Of a stretch of DNA of 64,000 bases, positions 13,018 to 27,246 are shown piece after piece. How positions within the stretch are numbered: position 1 is the stretch's first letter; each line of letters begins with the position of its first letter. The translations under genes were made by a program, and so were the position numbers. Source of the DNA: Macrostomum lignano (lineage: Eukaryota); assembly GCA_002269645.1 (NCBI GenBank), contig NIVC01002661.1:87631-151630 (forward strand). The letters run 5' to 3'. The notes beneath the pieces were generated by a model. The model was not told where the DNA came from and searched no databases. It saw only the letters and a list, made by a program, of their open reading frames with translations.

Positions 13018-14850
13018 TCATTGCCCTCCACTCCACTCGGACAGCAGCTCCCGGAATCGCGCGATCTCGTTGGCGAACTTTTCCGGCTGTTCTTCCGCTT
13101 GCCGATAGAATGCCGCCGACGTTCGCAGCGCCTCGATGAGCGGCGTCGCCGGCAGCCAATCGCCGCAGGCCTCGGCCGCCTTCTCCACGCTGATTGGTCC
13201 GCTGGTCACGGTGGGGTAGAGCTGGCTGGCCGACTCGCTGAATTCGATTCTCGGCGCCTCGGGCAGCTCCATGGCTTCGGCCAGCCGGCCAACGAACGCC
13301 TCCGCTGTCCAGGTCTCCTGGTAGGCGAAGTTGAAGATTTCCTTGACTGAGCCGAGCGGTCTGGCCAGGCGTCTGTAGCGATCGACAAGGCCGACCAAGA
13401 AGTCGGCCACGTCGCCGACGTAGGCCAGCGACATTCGGGCGTCGCGGCTGAAGCTCGGCAGGCGCACGCGGCCTGCAGCCGCTCCGTGAACTAAGTACCA
13501 GAACCTGTAGCTGGTGTCCCTGGGCCCGAACGTGTCCGGGATGCGCACGATGGTGTAGTCGTAGAGAGCCCCATTGTGCTCTGCGGCCAGCAGGTCGACA
13601 ATGAACTCCGCTGTGAGCTTCAGCTCCGCGTAGCGACGTCCGGCGCGCAGACGGTTGCGTAGCGCCGCGTCGGACGGGAAGGCGCCGTCAGATTCGCGCG
13701 ACCTGCCGGCGTGTCGCTTGTCCGACACGTCGTAGACGGAGTCGGTGCTCAGGTACACGTAGTACTGGAACCGGCCGGTCAGCAGCTGGACGCTTTGCAT
13801 CACTGCTACGTCAGCGTAGCCGGAGAGGTCGATGACGGCCAGGAACGGCCGCGCCTCCAGCTGCGAGAGGCTGGCGCAGTCCGTGAGGTCAAAGTTGCGG
13901 TCGCAGGTCAGCACCCGGCTGTGGTGGCTGCTGTGCCACTGCCAGTAGGTGTTGTTCCTGTGCAGGGTAGTCACATTGTAGCCGCGCGAGGCCAGACGCT
14001 CCACAGTGTGGCTGCCGATAAAGCCGTTGCCTCCGAGCACGAGGATGTCTCTGGCGCGGCGGGAGGGCGGAGTTGGTGCGCAGATTGTGACTTTGAGCAC
14101 TGCAACGATTGAATCAAGGCAAAATTTGATCCGTCAAGGAAGGGACGCAATGATGCAGTCCAGCTCCCAGGAATAGGTACACAATGATGCGGTCCAGCTC
14201 TCAGGAATAGGGACACAATGATGCGGTCCAGCTCTCAGGAATAGGGACACAATGATGCGGTCCAGCTCTCAGGAATAGGGACACAATGATGCGGTCCAGC
14301 TCTCAGGAATAGGGACACAATGATGCGGTCCAGCTCTCAGGAATAGGGACACAATGATGCGGTCCAGCTCTCAGGAATAGGGACACAATGATGCGGTCCA
14401 GCTCTCAGGAACAGGGACACAATGATGCGGTCCAGCTCTCAGGAACAGGGACACAATGATGCGGTCCAGCTCTCAGGAACAGGGACACAATGATGCGGTC
14501 CAGCTCTCAGGAACAGGGACAAAATGATGCGGTACAGCTCTCAGGAATAGGGACACAATGATGCGGTCCAGCTGTCAGTAATAGGGACACAATGATGCGG
14601 TCCAGCTCTCAGGAACAGGGACACAATGATGCGGTCCAGCTGTCAGTAATACAGACACAATGGTGCAAACCAGCTCTACCTAGCCCGCAGACAAAATCCT
14701 CAACCCCTGAGTTTACCTGTTCCCCTCGGAGTGGTCCCTCGGTGCATCGGGATCCGCGTAGCGACTGTTCAGGTGGGCCAGGCTCGGGGAGGCGCAGCAG
14801 GCGGTGACCACCAGCAGCACAGTCAGCAGCAGCCATCGTTGATGCGGCAT
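13018..14850 (-). CDS. Signal-peptide-bearing NAD-dependent epimerase/dehydratase (extended SDR) family protein, 2 exons
   Basis: Exon 1 14850-14717 (MPHQRWLLLTVLLVVTACCA..., donor AG|GTAAAC). Exon 2 14050-13018, using the in-frame acceptor cgccag. Rossmann motif ILVLGGNGFIG, YLSTDSVY, YAELK (YxxxK), RIPDTFGP. Confidence 0.8.
14140..14660. repeat. 34-bp minisatellite (GGGACACAATGATGCGGTCCAGCTCTCAGGAATA) in the SDR intron
   Basis: About 15 near-identical tandem units. Confidence 0.95.
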
Positions 14851-15279
14851 CTGCGCGCCTGTTCTTCGTTTCTGCACTGCTTCCGATGCACGCGGAACCT
14901 TTTACCGTGGGGTGTTTTATCCTTCCTCTAGGCTGGGAGCATCGAATGCTTTTCTTCCCCTAATCGGTGCAGTGCACATTCTTTCTTCCCTGCTGATTCA
15001 TGCATAAATTTCTCCCTCAAGTTCGCACAGTTTCGCATCGGAAAAATCCCTATACACACTGTACATTCTCTGAGGCTGTACTCTGCGCTTGAGGGGAAGC
15101 TAACAGCACGTTGTTTCGAATTAAAAGCAACAGAATATTGCTACAGTTTTCCCTGCAAAGTAAAGGTTTGCATCAGGTTTGTTCAACAAATTTCAAGGCT
15201 TGATGCAGGGGTCCGCAAAATTCTTAACTTCTAAGGGCCAGATTAATATGAGCTAAGATCTAGCTCGTTGCCGCGGGCT

Positions 15280-15545
15280 AGATGAGAGAGGAAAATAGAG
15301 GGAATAGAGGAGGAGAGGAAAGTGGATAGGAAAAATGAAAGAGGAGAGAAATGACGAGAGGCAAGAGAGGTGATGTGATGAGATATGGGAGGAGAGAGAA
15401 GAGATGAGACGAGAGGAGAAGAAGGGAGAAGAGAGGAGCGAGAAGAGAGGGGAGAGAAGAGAGGAGAGAATAGAGAGAAGGGTTCATGAGATGAAAGAAG
15501 ATCAAAAGAGAGAAGCGGTGGGACAGTAGGGAAGAGAGCTGAGAT
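15280..15545. repeat. GA-rich polypurine low-complexity tract
   Basis: Almost exclusively A/G on the + strand. Confidence 0.85.
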
Positions 15546-16220
15546 GAGACATAAACCTGAAGAGGACCTGACTTCTATTGTGCTGTATCAAAGGACCTTT
15601 GATTCATGCTTACACCTGCAATCATTAAAAAATTGTCTCATTAAGAAGTAAAATCATAATGCATTTAGAATTTTTTCATCAAGTCCGCCCGCAGAGGTCA
15701 TCGCAGCAGCTCTTAGCGGACCTACAGAAGGGGCTTGTCAGCCGTCAAATCCAGTTTCTTTATAAATTTATTTGAAAGAAAAATAAACGAAATCGCAGAG
15801 AAAATTTAATCAAACAGGAAAAAAGCAAATTGTACACACAGGGACTGTAGGGCCAGTGGAGGGAGGGCAAGTCACCTAGGGCAGGCTCTGAACTTTGCTT
15901 TCAGCTCGGCCTTCAAATTTTGATTGGCTGGGTACGGGTCAGTCACGTGATGACTGGGATTTTGGTTTGCCTAAGAAGCTCCATTTTACAGCCGCAAAGT
16001 CCCTAATAAAAATATTTTAAATAAAATAATAAATAGTAATAATGTTAGCGGGACTTGAAGTTTGCCAACATTTATACCATTGAACGGTGCATCAGTAACT
16101 CAGAGAGTGATATCAGCATAAAGCAATAAAACAATTACATAAAGCAGTTCGCGCGAACCCAGCGGTGGCAACAGAGGGGTTTACCGCAATTGACTGCCAA
16201 TCAACAGGTTGCGTCATCCT

Positions 16221-18012
<1,792 letters not shown>

Positions 18013-18132
18013 GTCTACACGCTGTTTGTGTCTTCTAAAGCTCAGACAGGTAAAGTTTAGTTTACAAACTTAGCTAATGCAAAACGGAAAATTCGCAAAC
18101 AAAAACTATGTTAAAAATGAACGTCTAAGCAA

Positions 18133-18143
18133 GTCGTAGCAAC
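18133..18143. promoter_or_regulatory. Candidate RFX X-box-like site (GTCGTAGCAAC) in a bidirectional promoter
   Basis: Contains a TAGCAAC half-site within the 323 bp between the divergent start codons of two cilia-associated genes. Confidence 0.3.
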
Positions 18144-18335
18144 GAATCGGTATAACAAAAACGGCATAGTTACGAGAATAAAATCAGGCGCGGTTTCAAA
18201 TTTAATTCATCGCGATTTTTATACAGCTTCGTCTGCTCGGAGCCATAGCTTACTTTTTTAACTTCTTTATTCTGCCTTTACCGTCTGTCCTTCCTAAGTT
18301 TCTAGCGTAGGTTAAAATAAAGTATTGTTTTCAAT

Positions 18336-20343
18336 ATGCATCGGTACCACTACAACCTTTTTCCATGCCAAAATAGGCTTCTTCAAATGCAATATGACAA
18401 AGCTGCTTATCAACGTCATATGGATGGGGTATGTACTGCCCGATTCTCTTCGTAGGAGCTTATTTTGTAAAATGGTTTAAAAATTATTCCTTATTTTCCT
18501 GTCTTATTCATCTAATAAAGTTCAAAGTATATAGCCAGGCTTGTGTCATTTAAATGCTTTTTTGTTTAGAATTAGAGTCTGTTTAGAATAATTTCTAAAA
18601 ATTTTACATCATGTACTCTAATTAACAGCATAGCCCATTCTCTATTGGAAAAACCATAATTAGTCTTACTAAAGGCGACTTTTAAGTCACTACAAAGCGT
18701 TTAAACGTATTCACAAATATCCAGGTTCGAAAGGCTCGCCCAAAGGTGGACACCAGTTCACCGCAAACCTTCATTCATCTGCATCTCAAGCCGAAGAAGC
18801 TACAGCTAGAGGAAGAACGGTTGGCCATCATTGAGCGCGACAACCGCCTGCTGCTGGAGAAGATGTCCACCATCATGCGGAAGCAGAGCAGAGTGGACAA
18901 TGTTAACAACTACGAACCGAAGAGGTCAGTCAGTCAGTCAGTCAGTCAGTCAGTCAGTCAGTCAGTCAGTCAGTCAGTCAGTCAGTCAGTCAGTCAGTCA
19001 GTCAGTCAGTCAGTCAGTCAGTCAGTCAGTCAGTCAGTCAGTCAGTCAGTCAGTCAGTCAGTCAGTCAGTCAGTCAGTCAGTCAGTCAGTCAGTCAGTCA
19101 GTCAGTCAGTCAGTCAGTCAGTCAGTCAGTCAGTCAGTCAGTCAGTCAGTCAGTCAGTCAGTCAGTCAGTCAGTCAGTCAGTCAGTCAGTCAGTCAGTCA
19201 GTCAGTCAGTCAGTCAGTCAGTCAGTCAGTCAGTCAGTCAGTCAGTCAGTCAGTCAGTCAGTCAGTCAGTCAGTCAGTCAGTCAGTCAGTCAGTCAGTCA
19301 GTCAGTCAGTCAGTCAGTCAGTCAGTCAGGGCACAAATTGACAAAAAATCATTCAATAATTGCAGCCTGAACCGAGAGAAGCGACAGCGCGAACTACTGA
19401 AGGTCACGCGCGACAATAAGAGCATGATGGAGCGCATCATCAGCAGGTCAAGCATGCGACAGGAGCGGGAATGGGAGGCCGACTGGCAGCGGAATCTGGC
19501 TTATATGGACAGCATCAGCCGCTACCCCACTGGCTGGTGGGAGAAGGTGCGCGCTTGAATAAAGTCCTTGAGGATCTTCTTCTCCGCTCCCTCAGTCCTT
19601 GAGGATCTTCTTCTCCGCTCATTCAGTCCTTGGGAATTTGCCTCTCCGCTCATTCAGTCCTTGGGAATTTGCCTCTCCGCTCATTCAGTCCTTGGGAATT
19701 TGCCTCTCCGCTCATTCAGTCCTTGAAAATCTGCCTCTCCGCTCCCTCAGAACTTGAGAATCTGCCTCTCCGCTCCCTCAGAACTTGAGAATCTGCCTCT
19801 CCGCTCCCTCAGAACTTGAGAATCTGCCTCTCCGCTCCCTCAGAACTTGAGAATCTGCCTCTCCGCTCCCTCAGAACTTGAGAATCTGCCTCTCCGCTCC
19901 CTCAGAACTTGAGAATCTGCCTCTCCGCTCCCTCAGAACTTGAGAATCTGCCTCTCCGCTCCCTCAGAACTTGAGAATCTGCCTCTCCGCTCCTTCAGAA
20001 CTTGAAAATCTGCCTCTCCGCTCCCTCAGAACTTGAGAATCTGCTCCCCCCCAGTGCTTGGATCTCCTGTGATCCGGTCTGTCTCTCTAATATTCAACTG
20101 TATTTAATTTACAACCCCGTCGAACTTCAGGAGAAAACGTCCATGTCGCTTCAGTCGCAGAATCGCGGCGGCAGCAGTCGTGACGGAGGTCGCGAACGAA
20201 CTTCGAAACGCTCTGGCGGCGGTGGCAACAGCAGCAACAGAAGCCGCGGCTACGACAGCGGCAGCTTCGCCTCCACATCCAAGGGCGACGAGAGCGAGAA
20301 GAGCGGCGAGAACCGGTCGCAAGCAGACATGCAGCAGCAGTGA
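18336..20343 (+). CDS. CFAP97D: CFAP97 domain-containing protein (CFAP97D1/D2, KIAA1430/hemingway family), 4 exons
   Basis: Exons 18336-18428, 18725-18924, 19366-19546, 20131-20343. MHRYHYNLFPC..., VDTSSPQTFIHLHLKPKKLQLEEERLAIIERDNRLLLEKM, SLNREKRQREL, EWEADW...ISRYP match this family. Confidence 0.85.
18925..19329. repeat. Pure (GTCA)n microsatellite forming most of CFAP97D intron 2
   Basis: About 100 units starting exactly at the donor AG|GTCAGT. Confidence 0.97.
19562..20045. repeat. 31-bp minisatellite (CTCTCCGCTCCCTCAGAACTTGAGAATCTGC) in CFAP97D intron 3
   Basis: About 15 tandem units with a sequence gradient along the array. Confidence 0.95.
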
Positions 20344-22462
20344 TCGCCCCCCCCCCTCCAGACTTTCCAACTCCTTGCACACCTTGCCGGATAAGCATTG
20401 TTTCCCAATCCCAACTGAACTCCGCGTCACCTGGGGAAATTGAATAACTATTATTCCAAGGTGTCCTCCGGTTCAGGCAGCTTCTCGCTCACTCCAGTAG
20501 CATCATTAGTGCGAGAAGGAATCGATCGCTTGCGCTCCAGTTTTGATGGGGTCATGTAAAAAGCTAGCTAGAAGTTATTTCCTTCCCCTACCCGCCTCCC
20601 CTTGTAAAAACCGTCACTGAGAAATCCATCCCCGTCGCTCCCGGGCCCGGTAGCAACCAGCTCGCCCACCTCAGCAACCGCTGTCAAAGCTGTTAGGCTT
20701 TCTTTTACGACCTGCGACAGCGGCGGAGAGGCCCTTGGATGGAGAGCGCCGCTCTCTACATGGCCAGTTTTGCTGAGCGTTCGCTCTGCTTCTCTGCAGA
20801 TGAGAGAAAATTCTATTAATAAAATATATTGCCCAGGACCAAGCCAGAGCAACCCTCACTCCCCGCCCTGTTGAGAATGATTCCAGACAGATTTTTCCGC
20901 CCATTTGCCTTGCCGCTTCTGCAAAATTCTCGCGCCGTGACTTTTTTCTACCTGCGGGTGTCCAAGGTTTTTTGTCAAACTCTGCTGCCAATAATTTTTT
21001 ACACCTTTCTGTTGTCGAGGCAATTTTGGCACCCTTTTAATTCTCTTGTCCTCGCTTTTTTGCCGCATTCATCTTTTTTGACACCATTTTTTGTTTCAAT
21101 TTGCACCACTGTCTTTTTTAGTCTGCCGAAATTGGCATTGCAATAACTGCTGCGATACTGCTGTACCAACAAATCTAGTCTGCTTCATGCAAATTTAATC
21201 GATTTTTTAATTTTCACACAGCTTCCAAAGCTGCATACAGTGTCGGATTGCACACCTGAGAACGAGGTGTGCATCGAATCTAAATATACTAAAAATGAAA
21301 AGAAAAACGTTTTGCACTCGAATGAATAGAAAAGAACAAAACGGTGGTGCCCTTGAATAATGCATTTTTGTGTCAAACTAACACACATTTTGCCAAATAA
21401 GGCCAACTACCCTACTAGAAGTGCTGTATAGAGGAGTGTGGAGAGATAATAGAGTCTATTTGTTGGCTGATGGTTATCAATCAGGCCGCCAGATAAGAGC
21501 GATCCCGTTGAAAGCGTTGACATGACAAGAGTCGCTAAAGAGATGTTGCAAACAACTCTCTAGGGACTCTAGCGACTCTGGGACGACTCCTGTGACTTTT
21601 TAACGACTCAAACGCGTCTAATGCGACGGAGAGGTGACTGTTGCGTCACAAGCGCGTCACGTCAGTTGTAGAATCGTAAAAGAGTCGCAAGAGTCCTTTA
21701 AGACTCGTTGTGTAGGCGCATACCTTTGTGACTCGAATTCATCAAGCGACGCAAATGCGCTTCACACACAACTCAAGTGACTCTGGGACGCTTCTTGGCG
21801 TGGGCACCGCTTTCATCGGGGATGAGCGAGTTGTCAGCGCTAGATTCTACTGCCGAGAGAAACTTGTGTGTTGTGCCGTCGGCGACTTCAGCTGTCAGGC
21901 CAAATCGTCGAGGCTCCCGAGACGCGCCCTGAGAGACAACAGCAGGGACAAGAAGGACAGGTGCTAAGAAGGGTTTTTTGCTAGAGACTCTGACAGGGTT
22001 GCACTTGGGAGGTTTGAATTCCTAGTCTCAAATAAATCGTCAGCAATCATCAAAAATATCTCAGAAAACGATCAACACGCTTGCCTCGCAAGATTAGACA
22101 ATCGGATGTGTCTAATGGAACATCACATTTGGATTCAAATGGAGTGCGTTTTAATTCGCGTTTTAAAGTGATAAACTGAGTGCTTCTAGCGCGCAGTTCC
22201 TGAATCCTTTTAAGGGTTTCGACGAAAGCTTTTTATTAAACGCATCATTTCCTGCCTGTTAGCATTTTCATAGCTACGATTTGTTGACTGCTCATAGCTT
22301 TGAAATAACAAACAGATTTTTTCCACTTCCCGGCAAGTCACTACTCTCGGCTAACGCTTAACGCGTAAAAGCCTATTTAAATGGATTGATTCGTTTGGTA
22401 GCAGGTTTCCATTTTTGCTGAGACTATAGCTGCAATAACCGCTACAATCCAAGGCTGTAACG

Positions 22463-23479
22463 ATGAGCTCACCGAAGCTATGGAACGCTGTTCTCATCGT
22501 GTTCGGCCTGCTGACAGGTGTCCGGTGCGCGCAGCAGACCGCAGTATATCAGCAGGCCGATGCCCAGTGCGCACCGGAAGATTCACCGATAGTCCGAGCT
22601 CGAATCCTTGCAACGGTGACTACACCTTCGGCGACGAGTTGCGCGATTATGGCTTCGCAAACGGCGCAGACTGGCGCTCTGGTGGCGCAGTTCCGCCGGG
22701 GCAGCCGGCAGTGCACCATATTCCAGTTTCAATCCATCTGCCAGCACCTGATGCCTGGCAAAACCTCCGGCTGCTACGTTTACTTTCGCTTTCCGATTGA
22801 CCATGGGTTGCTGAACGCCAAGCTCAGCAATATGTGGGTGGGCGACCGCGCCGGCAAGCTGGAGAACCTGGTTTGCCAAGCCCATGAGGACACCAATCGG
22901 CTCTACCCGTTCAACATCCAGTGGAGCAGCGAGGGCGCCTATTTCGACGGCACAACGGCCTATGCGGTGCTGAACAAGTCGAGCCTGAACTTTGCCAGCG
23001 GACTCACCTGGCTGATGAAGCTAAAGAGGCAGCCTCAGGTTCAGCCAATCCTGGAATTCGCCGACTGCAACGATATAAACGGCGTCACCGGTTACGGCAT
23101 TCACCTGTGGGAATATGCCGCCCCTGGTCAGCTGTACATCAGGGCCAACCGAATCACGGGAAGCCTGCTGCCGTTTGTCTACTCAGCAACTGATGCTCTG
23201 CCGCTGGGCCAAAACGACTGGCTGAACATCGCCTTCACGGCCAACGGGAGCAACTTTGATGTCTTCGTGGCTGATTCCTTCCTGCCAAGGCACACCCTCT
23301 CTCTTTATAGCGACAACAACCCCAATCCCATAACCAACTCGAACGCCTGCCTATACCTCGGAATGCGAGTGGAGCCAGCCAACAATCCCAGGTTCAAAGG
23401 CACCATGAAGGCGCTGGCCTTCGCTGGGACGAGCATGTCGGAGGCGGAGATACGCGAGTTCTTCTCCATCTTTGAATGA
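22463..23479 (+). CDS. Secreted protein: signal peptide + PAN/apple-like Cys region + LamG/concanavalin-A-like domain (single exon)
   Basis: 338-aa ORF with hydrophobic N-terminus MSSPKLWNAVLIVFGLLTGVRC. AYFDGTTAYA, WLNIAFTANGSNFDVFV, LYLG and FKGTMKAL are typical of LamG-like/pentraxin jelly-roll domains. Confidence 0.75.
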   Translation: MSSPKLWNAVLIVFGLLTGVRCAQQTAVYQQADAQCAPEDSPIVRARILATVTTPSATSCAIMASQTAQTGALVAQFRRGSRQCTIFQFQSICQHLMPGKTSGCYVYFRFPIDHGLLNAKLSNMWVGDRAGKLENLVCQAHEDTNRLYPFNIQWSSEGAYFDGTTAYAVLNKSSLNFASGLTWLMKLKRQPQVQPILEFADCNDINGVTGYGIHLWEYAAPGQLYIRANRITGSLLPFVYSATDALPLGQNDWLNIAFTANGSNFDVFVADSFLPRHTLSLYSDNNPNPITNSNACLYLGMRVEPANNPRFKGTMKALAFAGTSMSEAEIREFFSIFE

Positions 23480-25043
23480 AGAGCAAAAATTGGCAACAAT
23501 AATGAGCATATTGATTGCCGCACTCTCAATAACAAGGACTGAACTATCCGAACACATTTCCAATGTATGGATTGAAAATATGATTAAATAAAATTAAGAT
23601 GGCGCATCAAATGTCTTAATCAGTCGTGAATTTTATTTTACAGCCCCCCCCCTAAGTTGACTTGACATCCTTTGAGCCTTCAAGACGCATGGTCAACTAA
23701 ATTCTAACAGTGACGCATCCAGGATTTTCTTAGGGGTGGGCAGAGTCAATGTTAGTACAGCATGTGTCGAGTCAACGAGCAGCTCCAAATGAAGCAAGTT
23801 TTCAGCGGGTTTAATTTCGTTCCTTTTTATCTGAGAGGATCAATTTCAGATCTTGAAAGGCAGCTCTACAAGTTAGCCAAAATACTTGCAGCAATGAACC
23901 CCGCTCAGAACTGGGCAGACTGTGTATATAAAGTTCAGCCTGCCACAGTTTAAATTAGCACACCATACGCTGCGAAATGGACTGCGAAACAATGAGGACT
24001 GCGGGACCACTCACTATTCGCTGGCATTTGCATGTAGTTTTTTCTTTCATTGCATTCATTAGCTCGCTTCATATGTATTATTAAAATATAATATAATGAT
24101 GTAACCGCCCTTGTCGCCTGTCCGCTCCGTAGAGAGACGAACGCATGACTAGAGGGGGCAATGACTGCAGGCTGCCTATGACCGGGCAATGACCTGACGG
24201 ACCTCCAGCACCAGACTGTCCCGCCCACATGATTGATAGCTTTGGTAGCGCTTTGTGACCAGAGGGCCAAGGACCCACATGGACCCCACCTGTAGCCAAG
24301 GTGCAATAGTTGGTCACTCGGTCATAGTATGACCGAGTGGCTGCCACCACTCTATGTGACCTGGCGCACCTAGATCTTACTACCAGACCTCTCGAAGCTA
24401 GAGCCCCGCCTGGGATGGTTACCAGGAGATTTAGGCTAGCAGGGGAGACACATGCAGCCGAGTACAGGGACTCTGCTTGGGGCATGATCGGGAACTCTGG
24501 GCTCAATCTGGAGGATTTCTCAGCAGGAAATCCTTTGTGGCTGTGAGCGAGGCTGACTTGCGACTTTGATTACTAAGAGTAGTATGAGACGAACATGTGC
24601 TGTCTAGAGTTTAGATTGCTCAGGGCAAAGGGACGCGTCAGCATGGGGTTGCAACCTTCCTACTGCCATTCCGTGCCAAGACTCGCTAATCCCTCTACCG
24701 CACGCACACACGGCCCCGCAGCACGCACTCACAGGCGGGCTTTGCACGGGGAGAGGCCATTAGCTTACCCAAACTTCCTTATGCTTCGCCACCCCGGAAG
24801 AAAGGCTTAGCAAGCCATGAGTGAAATGATGGTGAAAGAGTGAATAATGATGAGGTTAGTCAATAGTTAATAATGAGGCCCTTAGGCAAATAATCAGGCA
24901 AATAGGCGGCTTCACTATTGAGTAAAATACAGCAAAAGATACGGTATCACGATTGGCTCAGCTCTCTAATCAAGTAATGGCAAAATAGGCAAACCCCGGA
25001 TAAGCAGAGGCGATTAGAGCACAAATTAGTAACAGGAACTTAC

Positions 25044-25925
25044 CGGCAGCTGCACAGAGAGCGAGAGAGACGGAGTGACCGAGGGCGGCTGTAGGCTGCA
25101 GGCAGACAGTGAAGCGGCGATGCGCTGAAGCGACGAGGCGCAGGTGTAGATCAGGCGATGCTGATGATGCTGGGCGGTATCAGACCGCTGGCCGATAGGC
25201 GAGCTCACTTGGGAGCTAAGGTAACTGGGCGGTATCAGACCGCGGACCGGCAGAGGTTCGTCCTACAGACGAATAGGTCAGAGCTACGTCTGACGGCAAG
25301 TCCAAAGAAGGACGAGGAGCCCGAAGGTCGAACCGGGTCGGAACCGGGCGTCCCAAGGTCGAGCCGGGTCGGAACCGGGTGTCCCAAGGTTGAGGATTCT
25401 CATGCCGAAAACCGCCTCGTTATATAGACATCCCAGCCGCCGCTCCAAGGTCGTTTCCATGACTCCCTCTCTCTGATTGGCTGCCGGCAGAATGACGTCA
25501 GAAGTATGAGAACGGCATAGCAACATGAGAAATGGGAGAATTGCGCAATCCGGAGGTGGGGTGGGGTGGGGGGATAATTGGCGCAGCGGGAGGTCGCGAA
25601 AGTGTTGCGCAAGCAAACATTGAGAACAATGGGGCGGGGGTCGAGAACAAAGGAATTGGAAATCGGGGATAATTGGGGAGAACCGAGAACAATAGAAAAG
25701 CAAACATTGGGGAAAAGGTGATAATTAGGTGCGAAAATGAGAACAATAGAAAGTGAAAATCGGAGAAAATGTGATAATTGGTGGGGATAAAGAGAACAAA
25801 AGAATCAAAAACGAGAACAATAGAAGCGGAGGTGAGGTGGGTGTCGCATGAGAAATTTGGGGAGGAGAACAATAGCATGAGAAAATGTTGCGCAAGAGAG
25901 GGGGATGAGTCATCGATGAGTCATC
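25044..25925 (-). promoter_or_regulatory. Compact Pol II promoter/LTR-U3-like cluster: AP-1 x2, C/EBP, CRE, CCAAT and TATA, with a putative first exon ending at a GTAAGT donor
   Basis: ATGAGTCAT at 25905 and 25916, ATTGCGCAAT 25540-25549, TGACGTCA 25493-25500, CCAAT (- strand) 25480-25476, TATATAA (- strand) 25426-25420, donor CCG|GTAAGT at 25044/25043. Confidence 0.45.
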
Positions 25926-27246
25926 GAGGGGAAGGAGGGGTCACACGACTTGCGTCACCGTTTGGGAGTTTGAGAAGGGAAGGGGTGACGGTGAGCGCAC
26001 AAAATACTGTAAGTAGACACAGAGAAAGGGGGGCAGCGCAGGAAACTAGTGCAGAAAGAGACAAAACGAGGAGAGAGAGGGAAAGTACACGAAGAATAGG
26101 GCGGAAAGCAGAAGATATAGGGTAGAGGGGGAGGTACAGAGAGGGAGGGGGGAGCTCCGGAAAGGCAAGTGTGGCGGCAGGGGAGACGGAGCCAAGGCAG
26201 CAGGGGGTGCAGCAGAGCGGGAGTCTCCAGGCCTGGTCGAAGACCTGGCCGAGTCTCAACAGCTCTGTGCAGGGGGTGCACGGCGATAGGAGGCACTTTC
26301 GAAAAAAAGTTCCCCTGCCCTATCCCGCGACCAGAGCGTGGTTACACCAATAATAATGATAATAATATGATACAGCTGCTTCGTTTGAGAAATCTCGGAA
26401 ACGTAACCTTATTTTGTGTCTTAAGATCTCGTTTGCAATTCTTAGAAGTACAGAAGCTGATGTACAAGGATGAACCAAACATTTGCACATTTTTATGACA
26501 TTCTGGCACTTGCCGACTCTGCTTGCTGACCTTTCCCAGCTGGTGCAGATGGAGTACAACGCTTATTTGCGACATTCACAGCTGGCGGATAGATTGATGG
26601 TGGACGGACTTGCTTCAGCAGCCTCTCGCAGGGCGTCCGAGTCCACGGTTGACGGTCAGCCTCTCAGTCTTTTGCACAAATAAATGCCGGAACCCGATGA
26701 TTTCGATGTAGTGAAGATTTCTTGAGCAAAGTTCCGGTAAAACGTCAGATGCACACCTCGTGGCTGAGGTTTAAGGCGCAAGGGCAGGGGTTTAAAAAAC
26801 CAAAATGCGAAGCTTCTCACCCTCCTGCGCATTCCGGCTCGGCCTCAAGCAGCACTTGTCAAACTGCTCGGACTGGCTTTCCTCGCCGGTCAACCGCACC
26901 GCCAAAGCTCGTCATTTCGCATTTGCCTTCTATCTGGAATGTATGATGGATGCTTATAGTCCTGTTCCACTGTCGGCCTTCTTTTTTATTCATTCGTTTT
27001 ATCTATTCTTCTTGCGCCCCTACAAAAATAGGCAAGCACGGGTAGAAGGCTGCGACAACTGAGCTCTGAGAGCAAGGTTCGTTGATTCAGTCACTAGTTC
27101 AAAGATGAGGTATTTTTAATAAGTATATTAGATAGAAGAAAGCGACAAAGAAATAGGTATTAAAATCTTATTAGTAAGTTAAATGAATTTTTAGTTAAGA
27201 TCTTCGTTAGTTAAAAGACAACTGACGGCCTTTTTAATCTTCTGCG

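Noticed and set aside
18746-19558. 270-aa ORF with (SVSQ)n as a real repetitive protein
   Set aside because: Canonical donor and acceptor flank the repeat, and splicing restores the family motif EPK|SLNREK. Kept only as a possible retention product.
20568-21146. Several 70-106-aa ORFs downstream of CFAP97D
   Set aside because: No motifs and no consistent splice structure.
21520-21960. GACTC/GAGTC-rich region with short hairpins
   Set aside because: Probably a decayed repeat, but no termini, TSD or second copy could be established.
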